Shown here piece by piece: positions 12,312-25,138 of a DNA stretch of 58,563 bases. The notes beneath the pieces were generated by a model that searched no databases, was not told the origin of the DNA, and was given only the letters and a program-made list of their open reading frames with translations. The stretch lies in contig JAVECL010000081.1 of NCBI GenBank assembly GCA_051942245.1, positions 1-58,563 of the forward strand. The letters run 5' to 3'. Positions within the stretch are counted from its first letter, which is position 1. Each line of letters starts with the position of its first letter. Both the position numbers and the translations under genes were made by a program. The stretch is from Trypethelium eluteriae. Taxonomy: Eukaryota.

Positions 12312-13252
12312 ATGGCGCCGTTAACGCCCGTTCATTTCTTCTCTCATGGCTCCACCATGATGCTGGGCGAGGAGTCCAAATCCGCCGACTATTGGAAGAA
12401 ATGTGGCGACGAAGCTCTCACTCACGGCATCGAGCACGTCGTCATGATGGTGAGCCCACTCCATCTCTGCCCACCTATCTCTGAACCACCCCGAAACTAA
12501 CCCTCTTTCCACAGGGAGCCCACTGGGCCTCCCGCGGCGACGAGATCCACGTCGCCACGAACCCCAAACCCGCCAAATCGCCCGTCGCCTACGTCCACCC
12601 CTCCAAATACGTCTCCTACGAGCTGGTGCCCGACCTGCCCATGGCGGAGCGCGTGCTCTCCCTCCTGCAAACCGCAGGCTTCAACGCCTCCGCGAACCCC
12701 ACCTTCGACTGGATCCACGACACCTACCTGATCCTCATCCGAATGTTCCCCGCGCGCTGCCCGCCCACCACCATCGTCTCCATGAACGCCCGCTACGACC
12801 CACACTACCACGTGAAAGTCGGCGGCGCGCTGCGCGGCCTGCGCCGGGAAGGCAATGTGCTGTTCGTTGGCACGGGTGGCGCGGTGCACAACCTCTATCG
12901 CAATCGGTGGGCGCCGATGCTGAGGTATCGGGATACGTTTGCGATGGAGACGCCGCCGGAGGCGTGGGCGATGGAGTTTCGCCAGGAGGTGCAGGATGCG
13001 TTGACGAAGTCTGGGGGTGGGCCGGCGTTGCGCCGGGCGGTGACGATGTTGATGAAGATGCCGATGTATCGGGAGGCGCATGGGACGGATGATCATTTCA
13101 TGGCGGCGCAGTTTGTGGCGGGGCTGTGTGGGGATTGGGAGGATGAGGGGCAGAAGGTGGAGTTAGGGGCGGAGGATTGGGAATTGACGAATATGTGTAA
13201 TAGTCAGTTTACGTTGGGTCACTGGGGAAAGGAGGTCGCAGTAGGGGCATGA
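12312..13252 (+). CDS. LigB-family / DOPA 4,5-dioxygenase-like extradiol ring-cleavage dioxygenase; intron at about 12450-12513
   Basis: FFSHGS, GAHW, DWIHD, VGTGGAVHNL, AHGTDDHF motifs; GTGAGC...CTAAC...CAG intron. Confidence 0.9.
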
Positions 13253-13562
13253 ATGGGAGGGCAGGGCTTTTGGTGTTAATAAGGACTGATAGCATGTCCT
13301 TGTATTGGTCTGAAAGATATGGACCGAAGAACGAATTTACGTCTGCATTCTGCTCGCATTAAAGGGTTGTATGATACACTATTTGCCTCTTTTCAGAAAA
13401 TATGCATATTTGAGTTATACAATTCACAAAACCTTTGAATTATGTGTAGAACATGACCTAATCCGAATTTGATCCATCTCATGCTTCCTAGTTAATTCAT
13501 GAGGCCAACGTGCTCACGCCAAAAGTACTCCTGTATTTGATGACAAGATGTACAGAAAACTT

Positions 13563-15266
13563 TCACCTCTTCAGAGCCCTCCAGGCTCTACTTCCAGCAA
13601 ACCAGGCCGTAAAAGCCAACGTTGGTAGGACTACCGCACTCGCCAGTCCCAGCCCAGTTAGAATACCCTGCTCGAAGAATCCAAGACCACCGCCTTGACG
13701 TTGTCCAGTCGAAGGCAAAGGAACGGTCGCTATTTTCCTCAACTGATCCGGTTTTAATATCGCTTTACTTTTGAAACCCTTCTTTTCGCCTTGGCCTGTC
13801 TCGGAATCTAGACACGAAGTCGCGAGGACGACGTCGATGGGAGGTGACTGTGCGTATTGCGGTCGAGGTTGCGAGAACATTGTTGTCGTATACCGAGTCC
13901 TTGGAGAGGGGGCATGCGTGAAAGGTGCGGCGGGCCCGACTAGTCGGCGAAGGGATAAATCAGTAAATTCGTAAACAATGGTGGGCGTGACAATGATCTC
14001 CGGGAGAGAGAAATAAATAGGAACGAAGAGACTTACTAAGGAGGTTGAGTGGAATTTGGTTAACGCATGAAAGATGGCTATCAATGTATTGGCTTAGGAA
14101 CTTGGCAGTGGCTGGGTTGGCGAAAAGATATGATGCTAGCAGCGTCGGCCTATCTGGAGTTCAGTCTGACACAATTGTTTCTTGAGATGAGCATAGCAAT
14201 CGAAGGGCATACCTTGATTCCATCAGAGTGATTACATCCATCAGGCTAGTATATGGTGCGATTGCTAGGTGACACCCAGAAATCTTTGCGTCGAACAGCG
14301 AGCAACTTCTGTGAAGCAACATAGTCAGTATTAGGAGCTTCCGAGACTGTAGTCCAAACAGTACCGCTCTCTGACGTCTGCAATCATGTACTCTTGCGAA
14401 CCAAAGATTGACACTCGTCCAGCACTTTCCGCACTCTTGAATTTGTTCTTGATCTCATCCAAGGCCTGGGAAGGGGCTCGCTTGGATTGTGCTTGAGCAG
14501 GTACATATTGACTGGTGTATCGTACGCAAGCTTCGAAGAAGTCCTTCTTCTTGAACTCGTTCACAAGGACAATATCCGGTGAATAGGGAGATCGGCCTCC
14601 GTAGGTAAATCTTGCTGCTACAACTGCCTTCGCTGCCTTCTGAATATCTGCCGTGCGATCGACAACCGCGACTGTTTGGGCCGAGGGCTGAGATAGGAGC
14701 TCTGACTTAAAATTTCCGGTAGAGGAACCAGTCTGATCAACAATGAGACATTCGTCCAGCAGCCGCTGATCCTTGACTTCGTCATTTGAAACGACAAAAG
14801 TATCTTGATCAAGAGCTTTGGACAATGTGGTCTTAAGCACTGGGTCCAGGTTGGACAGCGTTTGCGGAAGCTCGAGCAACACACAATTGCCTGCAGCAAT
14901 TGCTAAAGCCACTGGCGCAACAATCGAAAAGAACCGTGTATGCGTCGTCGGTCGAATGAGTATGATGCCGTACCCGACCCTTCTTTTCCCATTGTCCTTG
15001 TTCTTCGCTATCAGATACTCTTCTTTAAGCTCGTTATCAAAATCCAAGCTTTGATAGGCATCGCGAACTGCGAGCATGCCCAGATAGTACTCGCTGTCGA
15101 CCTCAACTCGTGGACCTTGTGCATCTTTCTGGATCGTCTCGCAAATGATATCCGCGTTGTCTCTCAGCGCCTTATGCAAATTCTGAAGCTCATTCTGTCG
15201 GAACCGTACATTTTCCGTGCGACCATCGATCTTTGCAGCTCGGAGTTGAGCAAAGGTCTCGGCCAT
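13563..15266 (-). CDS. Aldehyde dehydrogenase-fold protein (ALDH3-like), catalytic residues absent, C-terminal TM; exons 15266-14365, 14308-14213, 14149-14037, 13939-13563 (495 aa)
   Basis: FRQNELQNL, AIAAGNCV, AVVDRTADIQKAAKAVVAARF, SPDIVLV, LASYLFA, SCVNQIP, GPAAP. The four exons sum to 1488 nt in frame. Confidence 0.85.
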
Positions 15267-15702
15267 TTTGAGAGATAACAGTCGCTTTTACAAGGCCAAT
15301 TACAGGAGAAAGATGTGAACTTAATGAAATGGGACTAGAAGCGTATTCATGATACTACTGGAGCAAATTGACACTCACCGGCTTCTGCAACGGAACACAT
15401 CAGCGCGCCGCCAGATCCGTGGAACCAAGCTCTCGAATGAAGTCCGCAATGTTCCACATCGAAGTAGCCCCTCGAGGAACAAGCTTTGGGCAAGCTTTGG
15501 CTGAACCACATCGGTTCTTGCGGAGGGATTGAAAAGTCCGGCGGGCCCGAAGGACGCTTGGGAAGCTCGTGCCCCTCTGCATCAGACTTCAAGGAACTCG
15601 TTCTATGAGATACTGCGAACCTCAGAACCGTTCGGGACCTCAACTTCGAGTGCTCAGTTTCTGCCAGCTTGACCGCAAGAGCAAAGAATTGACAAGATCA
15701 GC

Positions 15703-16182
15703 ATGTCCGTCACGACGACTGCCAATCCCGTTACAACAACACTCACCCGGACTCTTCGAGACTACGAGATCCATGAATCCGCCGAGCAAAATCCTGAAGA
15801 ACATCCCGCACCCGTCAATCCTAATACTCCACCAACTGTTGCAAATCCAGAAGGCTGGCCAGAGGAATACAATAATGTACCAAACTACCGACCAGTAGAC
15901 CACACAAGAGATATGGAGTTAAGGCCTGGTGGCATGAATCCTGCCGAGACAGGTAGGACGAAGAATGTGTGTGAAAGGGAAGAACAAAATCTAACAGAAA
16001 GCTCTAGTCTTCATCTTCTTGATGATGAATGGAGTGAGGATCAATGCAGTATGTTCCGTCAGTGATTAGTACGTGATGTCATGCTTACCTCTTGCTCTTA
16101 GGGCGCTGCGCAAATGTGGCGGAAGACATTTGGTAGATTCAATCCTAATATCTTCAGATATGAGGTTGGCGGCGAATTTTAA
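15703..16182 (+). CDS. Small hypothetical protein (123 aa); exons 15703-15952, 16008-16048, 16102-16182
   Basis: Two canonical introns (GTAGGA..CTAAC..TAG and GTATGT..TAG) give an open frame ending VFIFLMMNGVRINAGAAQMWRKTFGRFNPNIFRYEVGGEF*. Confidence 0.7.
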
Positions 16183-16452
16183 CGAAGAAATTATCATGGC
16201 GTTTGGATACTAAGGTGTTACTGTGCTGCTCATGTATTTCCGACTGTAAAAAAGGAAGGAACCTCTTCGGCTCGTTCTCTGCGCGATCTTCCGGAAGGAT
16301 GACCCCGTGAAAATGAGATTGGTCAAAAGGCCCAGGCCATTGCATTCCCCGACTGACTGGAGAGCGGAAAAGTACCTAATGTTGAAACGAGAGGCACCAA
16401 CTTTTCACAAGATCTCAGGTGCATGACGCTCTTACAAGCGAGGATCGGCTAG

Positions 16453-17144
16453 TCATTCCGATTTCTTCAGACCACCTTTAAACACGTCGATCGCTTCTCC
16501 CAATTTCTTGCCACCAACTTCCACGGCCTCTGACTCAAGTAATACAAACATCATTCTCGCCTGCAACGGTCATCAGCTACCTCTCAGTCTGACGGGACAA
16601 TGCTTTTGTCCAGAAAAAAGCAATAACTTACCCATTCCGTCTGACTTGTGTTCCTCCACGAATGATTCGTCGCCCGTTGTACACAGACATCCCCACGATT
16701 CATAATGCGCGTCTCCCCGCTATCAAGACTCAATTCCAATTGGCCCTCTAAGACGACCCCATAGTCTACGCTCGTTGTCCGATGCATGGCGCCCGGGGCG
16801 CCCGGTGTAAAGTCGACAAAGCGACAAACACTGCCACCGTGGACGACAAGACCTGGATTTTCCTCGAGGTAAGGCTTGTAGGCGTTGATGTCGGCGTCGT
16901 TGTTGACTTTCACGGGGAATGTGGTAGTGGTATAGCTGCGAGAGGTCAGGGGCGTATAAGTTTCGCAGGTGAATAGGGATCAAAGAGTGTACCCGAGGAA
17001 GAAATCAGCGCCTTTGACAGGTTGAGTCCATTTCGCTTCGGCCGGAACTTGGGTATCGAAGGTAGCGAGCCCGTCGGAGTTATGGGTAGTAATGTACCGA
17101 TGGACGGGAGGAAGGTTGGAGCGCTGGGTGGGGTTTGATGACAT
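16453..17144 (-). CDS. Cupin-2 domain protein (3 exons)
   Basis: RYITTHNSDG N-terminus; CRFVDFTPG...MHRTTSVDYGVVLEG.LEL.LDSGE...GDVCVQRATNHSWRN.S.TEW; last exon ARMMFVLL. Confidence 0.9.
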
Positions 17145-17304
17145 CTGGACGAGTTGCTGTACCTGTAAGAGAAGAGCGAGTAATTGTGCGGACTGAGGTT
17201 CGTAATGGAAGTCAATGAATATAATAAGAGGTTAAAGACGAGAGCGGAGAGATGAAAGATAGTACATTCCAGAATTTACATGCAATAAAGCTCGACGCTA
17301 GGAA

Positions 17305-17339
17305 ATGCGGTCAAGCCTTCCGGTATCCGGAAACCGCAT
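17305..17339. promoter_or_regulatory. Nested palindrome with CGG triplets, putative Zn(II)2Cys6 binding site in the cupin/FAH divergent promoter
   Basis: ATGCGGT...TTCCGGtatCCGGAA.ACCGCAT. Confidence 0.4.
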
Positions 17340-17700
17340 ACATTCAGTCCGATGCGTACTACGGGAGTAAGGTGCAGAGTAATCGTAAACCCCTCATAGT
17401 CGCATCTGCAGTCTGGTGGTGGGGCTTGCATAAACTGCAGCTTCACCCCACAGGCCGATTCCGACTAGAACGGGAGCTTTGCCAATAACAACGGGCCAGC
17501 CGATTGACCTGAACGACTAGCATGTCTCAAATGAAAATACTCTGACCCCTATGCGCCGAAGCGGACTTATTTCTTTTTAAAACTCCGTGGCCCAGGTGAA
17601 TTCGCCAAAGTGACACGCGATCCTTTATCTTTTTTTCTTGACCCTCTTATTCCTGAGGTGCTTGAAGTTCCCAACAAATTCAAGTCACCGAATCGTGACA

Positions 17701-19062
17701 ATGCCCTCGGAGTATGCTCACCATTTTGGTATTAACAACATCCCGTATGGAATTGCCAGCAGCTCCAAACACCCACCGAGCGTTGTAACTCGTTTGCAAG
17801 ACTCGGTGCTCTTTCTCGATCCACTTGCTCGAACAGGATTGCTCAGCGGCCATTTCGGTGGGGAAGTACTCGAAACTTTTGGGAAGGTAAGACATATTCG
17901 AAGGCTCAGCCTAACAGCGCGCTATGTTGAATGAATTCCATCTAATATTTGGAACAGCCAACTTTAAATTCACTCGCTACTTTACCCAAAGATGATCTTA
18001 AAGTGCTTCGATCTGCTCTTCAAGGAATTCTGAAGAATCTTGAGAAGCTCCAAGACTGTGTAGAGCCCATTGAGAATGTTCGTATGCATCTTCCAGTTGA
18101 AGTGGGCGACTTCACGGATTTCTCATGCTCGGCCGATCATATGTTGAACGCTGGCGAATCCGTCACTGGACTTCGTAACCTTCCGCCCAGCTTTAGGTAT
18201 CTTCCAGTGGGATATATTAGCAGGGCCAGCGGAGTCAAGGTGTCCGGAACTCCATTCCACAGACCATGGGGTCAGTATAGGAAAGACGGTAGTGTCGTAT
18301 GGGCGCCGACAGAGCAGCTCGATTACGAATTGGAAATGGCATGCATAATTGGGAAGCCAAGCAAATTCGGTACGCGGGTGAAAGTTGAGGACGCGGCGGA
18401 ACATATCTTTGGAATCGTCATATTGAACGACTGGAGCGGTATGCCGAAACTCCTAGGTTTTCAAGGGCTCGAATGATGACTGACAGTGTGATCCCGTAGC
18501 GCGTGACATTCAGTCCCTGGAAATGCCCCCATTAGGCCCAATGAATAGTAAAAGCTTCTGTACTTCGGTGTCGCCATGGGTCATTACTCCTGAGGCGCTA
18601 GCGCCTTTCCGAAGCACCGGCAATGTACCAGCACGGGAAGAGCCACCGAATGGAGTCATGACCCATTTCTCAGGGCCAGGACGAGAAGGCTATAGTGTCG
18701 ATCTTACTGCCTCAGTGGTCTCGCCCAAAGACAAAGACAGCAAGACCATACTTTGCAGGTCAAACCTCAGTACCATGTACTGGACCTTCGAAGATTTGAT
18801 TGCGCACCAAACTTGTAACGGCGCTTTCCTTCGTACCGGAGATATCCTGGCGACTGGAACGGTGACTGGGAAAGAAAAGAAAACATCTCATGGTTGTCTG
18901 TTGGAGTTGACTGCCGGAGGAAAGCAAAGCTATGGCCTCAATAATGGAGAGACAAGAACCTACTTGGAAGACGGTGACTCTGTAATCCTTGACGGCATTT
19001 CTGGAGAAGGAGTAGGGTTTGGGGACTGCACTGGGACGGTATTGCCAGCACAAAAGGATTGA
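17701..19062 (+). CDS. Fumarylacetoacetase (FAH family); exons 17701-17886, 17958-18438, 18500-19062
   Basis: HFGINNIPYGI, MHLPVEVGDFTDF, LPVGY, LDYELEM, LNDWSARDIQ, PLGPMNSKSF, GDILATGTV, GCLLELT, GVGFGDCTG. Confidence 0.93.
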
Positions 19063-19752
19063 GAGTGGAGAATGTTCGTAGGTGAACAAATGCTGCAAAT
19101 CACGACGACCAGACTACGGCAAACGATTAAAAAAAGACATATTTGAGAAGGACAGCATAGAATATGACATTAAAATCATTCAATTGTGGCTGGGTCTCTT
19201 CCTGTAGCTAATAGTTGGAGTAGTATGAGGGAGATAGGAGTATTAATCGTTTTCCAAAAGTAGCCAATCAAGCTCGTCCCTCACAGAGTTTAGAGATCCA
19301 GCTGCTCGCGAGGGTAGCATCGAGGACTTTTGGAGCGACAGGATCTGCTTACTTTATTCGGTGAAAAGCTTGAGCCAGAAGAATAATCATTAATGAAGGC
19401 CTATGAGTGTCTAAGGTGACATATCGTGCCTCTGAGTTCTAATTGCACGATCAGTGTCCATAGGAGGCAAGGCTGGGTTCTCACGGCCTTGATAGTCTCG
19501 GACAGCGGTCTCGCGTAAGTTGAATGGAGACGAGAAAAGACGCGCCCTTCACAGGAGGAAAGCAGACGCGTGCGGAAATGACGAAATTGTGCAGGCGAAA
19601 TTGAGACGTCAGGGGCCAATTTCCGCCGACCTCCGTGCTGCACTCTCAATTGTTACCCCGTACCAACCACCACAGCCACTTCGTCTAGCTCTTACTCTGC
19701 GACATCTCGTCCACAAAACATCGAACCACGAAAGCAACCTTTATTCTTCAAA

Positions 19753-20818
19753 ATGGCACTCGGTAGGCTAGTACCGCGGCCAAAGGTAGGACTCTCGCTC
19801 GCTTAAATGTGTATGCGACAACCGCAATCAATACTAACCGCCTCACCAGAGCTTCCTATTCATGTCGCTCCGAACCGCAACCGAACTCATAACACTCACC
19901 CTCCTCCTGAACAAAATCTCCGGCCTGTACGGCCTCCTCGCCATCTTCACCGGCTACTCACTCTCCAGCCTACAACTCTCGATGTACATCTACTCCGTCG
20001 CAGCCCTCATCCTCTTCACCCTACTCGTCCCCCACATCCGCAAGCAATCGCCCCTCCAATGCCTCTCCCTCGCCTACCTCACCCTCCTCGACACCCTCAT
20101 CAACGGCATCTACACCGCCCTCTTCGGCATTTCCTGGTTCCTCGTTCTCGCGCGCCACGTCGGCCCGTCCGACACCTCAAGCACCGTCCTCGGCGGCCTC
20201 ACCATCGAAGACACGGCCGGCTTCACCGCGCCCGAAGTCAACGTCTCACAAGTCGACGTCGTGGCTGCGCCCGCGCCGGGCGCGCTGACGGGCCAGGAAG
20301 CCGTCGCGATTGGCAGCGAGGGGAATGCGCCGGCTGGGGCCGGGAGCGCGGCGTCGGGGGGTGATGCGTTTCGAGAGGCGGTGTTTCAGTCGGGCAGCGT
20401 CGCGAGCATTACGGTGATTGCGATGTTCTGGGCGCTGCGGCTGTATGCGGTGCTGGTGGTGTTTGCGTATGCGAGGTCGGTGCTGCGCCAGCATGTCTAT
20501 GCGACGAGCTATTCGCAGCCGGGCTTTAGTTTGCAGAGTGGTGCGGTGGATGGGATGGCGGAGAATCCGTTTAGGCAGGGGAGAGAGGAGGGGAGTGGAT
20601 GGAGGGGTGCGCTTGGAAGGGCGCTGGTGAGGGTGCCGAAGGATTACTGGCTGGGTGCTGATGCTGATGGGGAGTGGGTGAAGGGGATGGGAGGCAGATT
20701 TCAGAAGCCAGTGAGGCTGGAGCCGCCAGGAGTGGGCGAGAGAGAACGCAGAAGACGGAGTGGGACGGGACCGTCGAAGCCGGCTGAGGAGTTGAAAAAT
20801 TTGGGTGTTGCGCGGTAA
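19753..20818 (+). CDS. KEI1: Inositolphosphorylceramide synthase regulatory subunit Kei1 (DUF1753); short first exon MALGRLVPRPK
   Basis: SFLFMSLRTATELITLTLLLNKISGLYGLLAIFTGYSLSSLQLSMYIYS; several TM segments. Confidence 0.85.
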
Positions 20819-21191
20819 GGAGAGGATATTGGATGAGGACTGTGACAAATGCCGCCTTCGTTGGGAATTCGCGAGGATGGTACATGAAGAGAAGGCACTT
20901 AGCATAGCAGGAGTTGGATAGACTGCTGTGCAGCTTTTTGAACCGTTCGGCGAAGGCATCCTGTTTATTAACTTCGATTAAATGTCTATAGAACATTGAT
21001 AATAACATTTACAGAATCATTCCGTTTCACATATATTACAGACTCGCCAGCAAAGTGAGCCCTTTGATTCGTTGATGCCTGCACCAAGCACTCCGTTGAC
21101 GCCATGCTTCCCCAAATGGGGTCCTTCTAATTAATGCAATTCTTGAAAGGTAAGAATATCCAAAGGAGGGACCTTATAGCACGGGGTGCAT

Positions 21192-22062
<871 letters not shown>

Positions 22063-22444
22063 ATTAACAGAGTTTAAGGGCGTTCAATTATTCGAGATTG
22101 AAGAAGCGGGGATAATTGAGGAGGTTGAAATGAAGCAATGGTATGAAGTTGTATATAGTGAATGGAAGAGGTATTGGTATAAGACGAATATATGCCGCAG
22201 TCCGACCGGTTCTGTCGCATGTGTGGATGGGAAGACAAAGGCGTTGACAAAATTCTAGCTGTCTTTCAGGAGGTTTTCGATTGTAGCCTGTACCAAGGCG
22301 TACAGGGAACGGCGGTCCGCCTCGGTGTGTTCCGCCGCCACCGGCCTGTCATCGCTTCCACCCAAGAAATTTCTCCATCTTTTCGGCGTCAAGAGTCGCA
22401 TTTAACGTAGCGTCCTCCACAAAACCCGTCTTAAATCGCTTGCC

Positions 22445-23868
22445 ATGGCGGAAGTTCTGTGTGCGCCTGCGCAGCACAAGCAGCCCTCCAGAAAAGGAAA
22501 AAGGGCATGGAGGAAGAATATAGACATTTCAGAAGTTAATGAGGGGTTGGAAGAAGTGAGAGATCAGCTAATTCAAGGGTATGTCGAACTCTTCCTAAGG
22601 CATGAAGGCTCGTGGCTAATGGAAATCACAGTGGTGTTGTCTCAGAGAAAGCTGCTGCCGACCTTTTCATTGCAGACACCGAAGGCGACGAAGTAATCCA
22701 AAAATCCTACTTCAAGACGAATAAACCTCTCAAATCCGATGAGATCCTCGCCCAAAGATCCAGCGTACCCGCATTAGACACACGAAAGCGTAAGAGTATT
22801 CTCACAGATGGTATAATTGAGCTGCGGCAGAAGAAGTTGAAAGGCGATTATGTCAAGCCCAAGGAACTTGAGCGACTCCGGAATATCGCTTACGGGGGAG
22901 AGAAGATTCAAAAAGATGTCATCAATACAACAGAACAGCCGAGCTATGATCCTTGGGCCCCCGAAGGACCACTTCGCGATCCCCAGTTTTCCTTCCTCGA
23001 CAAGCACAAACCAAAACCTGTGCGCGAGCCCAAGACATTACGCCATGCACCGCTCTCACTTGCAGCGAATGGCAAATCATTTCCAGCCGTCCAGAAACCT
23101 GATGCAGGGCGAAGCTACAATCCCGACTTCCATGACTGGTTCTCTCTCCTAGAACGTGAGGGTACAAAGGAAGTCTCCGCCGAGGAGAAACGGCTGAATG
23201 ATGCCGCGATAGAAGCTGAGCGGATGGCGAGGGCGCAGGCAATTGCAGCTGAGCCAGATCTTGAATCTGCTGCGGAGGACAGTACATGGGAGAGCGAGTG
23301 GGAGGGTATCCAAAGTGGACCGGAGGACGAGGAGTGGATGAGGCAGAAACGGCCGGAGCGGAAGACGCCAGCGCAAAGGAATAAAGCAATTAGGAGGAAA
23401 GAGGAGGAGAGGAGACTGAAACACGAGCGGAAAAGAAAGGAGAAGGAGAGGCAGATGGAGAGAATGAAGGAATTGATCAGGGAGGCGCGAGAGAGAGATG
23501 CAAAGAGTAAAGAGGTGATCAAGTTCGAGGAGTCTGTTTCCTCTGATGGAGATGAAGGAGAGGTGGAGTTACATAAGAGAAGGAGATTTGGCAATGCAAA
23601 GTAAGCCACATTAGAATCGTCTCAAACATAAAGCTATGTGGTACTAACAATACGCAGGATACCAGAAGCATCATTGGAAGTCGTGCTTGCAGACGAACTA
23701 CAAGATTCCTTACGCCTGCTCAAGCCAGAGGGCAACCTGCTGAGAGACAGGTATCGAAATTTGGTCTTGAATGGAAAACTTGAAGCTAGGAGAGCCGCAC
23801 AGCATAAAAAGCCAATGCGGACAGCGACGGAGAAATGGTCGTACAAAGACTGGAAAATTCCCAAGTAG
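22445..23868 (+). CDS. NOP53: Ribosome biogenesis protein Nop53 (3 exons)
   Basis: QPSRKGKRAWRKNID, KPLKSDEILAQRS, G.SYNPDF, LEVVLADELQDSLRLLKPEGNLL.DR, EKWSYKD. Confidence 0.95.
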
Positions 23869-24013
23869 AAAGCTCAGATTCAACGAACACCAGTGCATTA
23901 TTCGAGTGCGCTCTAGTTAGCACCACCTCCCGTGTCATATCCACAATCAAGTTCATGCCTTCCGTGATGTACAAGCCAGATATCGCTAGCGTATCTGATG
24001 CTCATTCCGTGGC

Positions 24014-24759
24014 TCACGTCTCATTAAATCTCGAACTCATCAGCTCGTCCACGTGCGCCCTCTGCGCCTTCCAATTCTCCTTTTCCTGTTCCTTCAGCAG
24101 CACAGCCAGAACCTCAACTGGGGGCTCTAGACCCAGTGCATGTGCACGCTGCCACCGCTTCATGCGAGCAATACCTATGCACGGCTGCAGTACATTTCAA
24201 TTAGCTTCAATTCAAAAACCCACACAATCGTACCTTCTCAAAAGCAGCTTTCAATAGAAGGCAGAATATCACTCACCCCATACTCCCCACTCATATCCCA
24301 AAGCCTCAACACCTTCTCCTCCAGACTCAGTCCCTCCTGATGCACCCTCGGCGCCAAACTCTGCCTCTCTTTCTCTCGCCAGTACGCCTTAATCTTCGCA
24401 TCCGATACCTTGCGCGCCCGCTCCTCCTCCGGCGTCGACTCCGCTGCCTCTACAACTCGCGCCTTCTCCTGCTCCGCCTGCTGCAAGATCGCGGCTTCGG
24501 CCGTGGTGGGCGAAGTCTCGACATCTTGCGCTGACATGTGCGATGTCGCATCGGTAGCAGGAGCGGTCGGTGATGCCTTCTGGTCATCGGAAACGAGTGA
24601 GTCGAGGAGGGCTGGGTCGGTTTTCGGCTTGCTAGATCTAAGATCTTTGGACGAGGGGGTGTTGGTCGGTTTGGTGATGCGATTCTTGTTGTTGAACGAC
24701 AGTGTCGATTGAGAGGATTTGCTGACGGGACCGGAGGAGGTGCGGCGTTTGGGTGCCAT
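24014..24759 (-). CDS. DNA polymerase delta subunit 4 (Cdm1/POLD4), 2 exons
   Basis: PIP-like QSTLSF, PRVHQEGLSLEEKVLRLWDMSGEYG, then PCIGIARMKRWQRAHALGLEPPVEVLAVL. Confidence 0.92.
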
Positions 24760-25029
24760 GGTGGCTGGGTATTCTCTGTCTTGCGAGCGTCTGGGTTCGG
24801 GGAGTGATGGAGCAGGAGGGTTTCACGAAATGTTACTTTTGGTAATGATCTCCTCAAAAAAGGAGAAGTCTCAATGCACTTTTTAGTCTTGAGTTTCCTT
24901 CGGAACTTGTTAAACTAATTGCAGCTATGAGGTGGTCTCGGCTGTTAAGATACATGGCAGGGGGCCCTTGAGGTGCGTTGGAAAATTCGATGACGATATT
25001 GGCGCGGGTGGGTCGTCGCCCGAGCGATG

Positions 25030-25052
25030 CGCGAAACGCGAAAGCACGTGAC
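25030..25052. promoter_or_regulatory. Tandem CGCGAAA (MCB/SCB-like) elements plus E-box in the POLD4/DcpS divergent promoter
   Basis: CGCGAAACGCGAAAGCACGTGAC upstream of a DNA replication gene. Confidence 0.5.
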
Positions 25053-25138
25053 AGTCAATCAGCCTCACCTCACGTTCCCAGGTCTGCAGTTGTCTTTGGG
25101 CATTACAGTTTGCGCAACAAGTTTAATCGGTAGTCGCA

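Noticed and set aside
13563..14084. Stand-alone 173-aa ORF with a C-terminal TM
   Set aside because: It is the last exon of the ALDH-fold gene; the splice phases fit.
20246..20959. Long antisense or alternate-frame ORFs over KEI1, the dioxygenase, the esterase and the GPI genes
   Set aside because: Shadow ORFs caused by skewed codon usage and low-complexity repeats.
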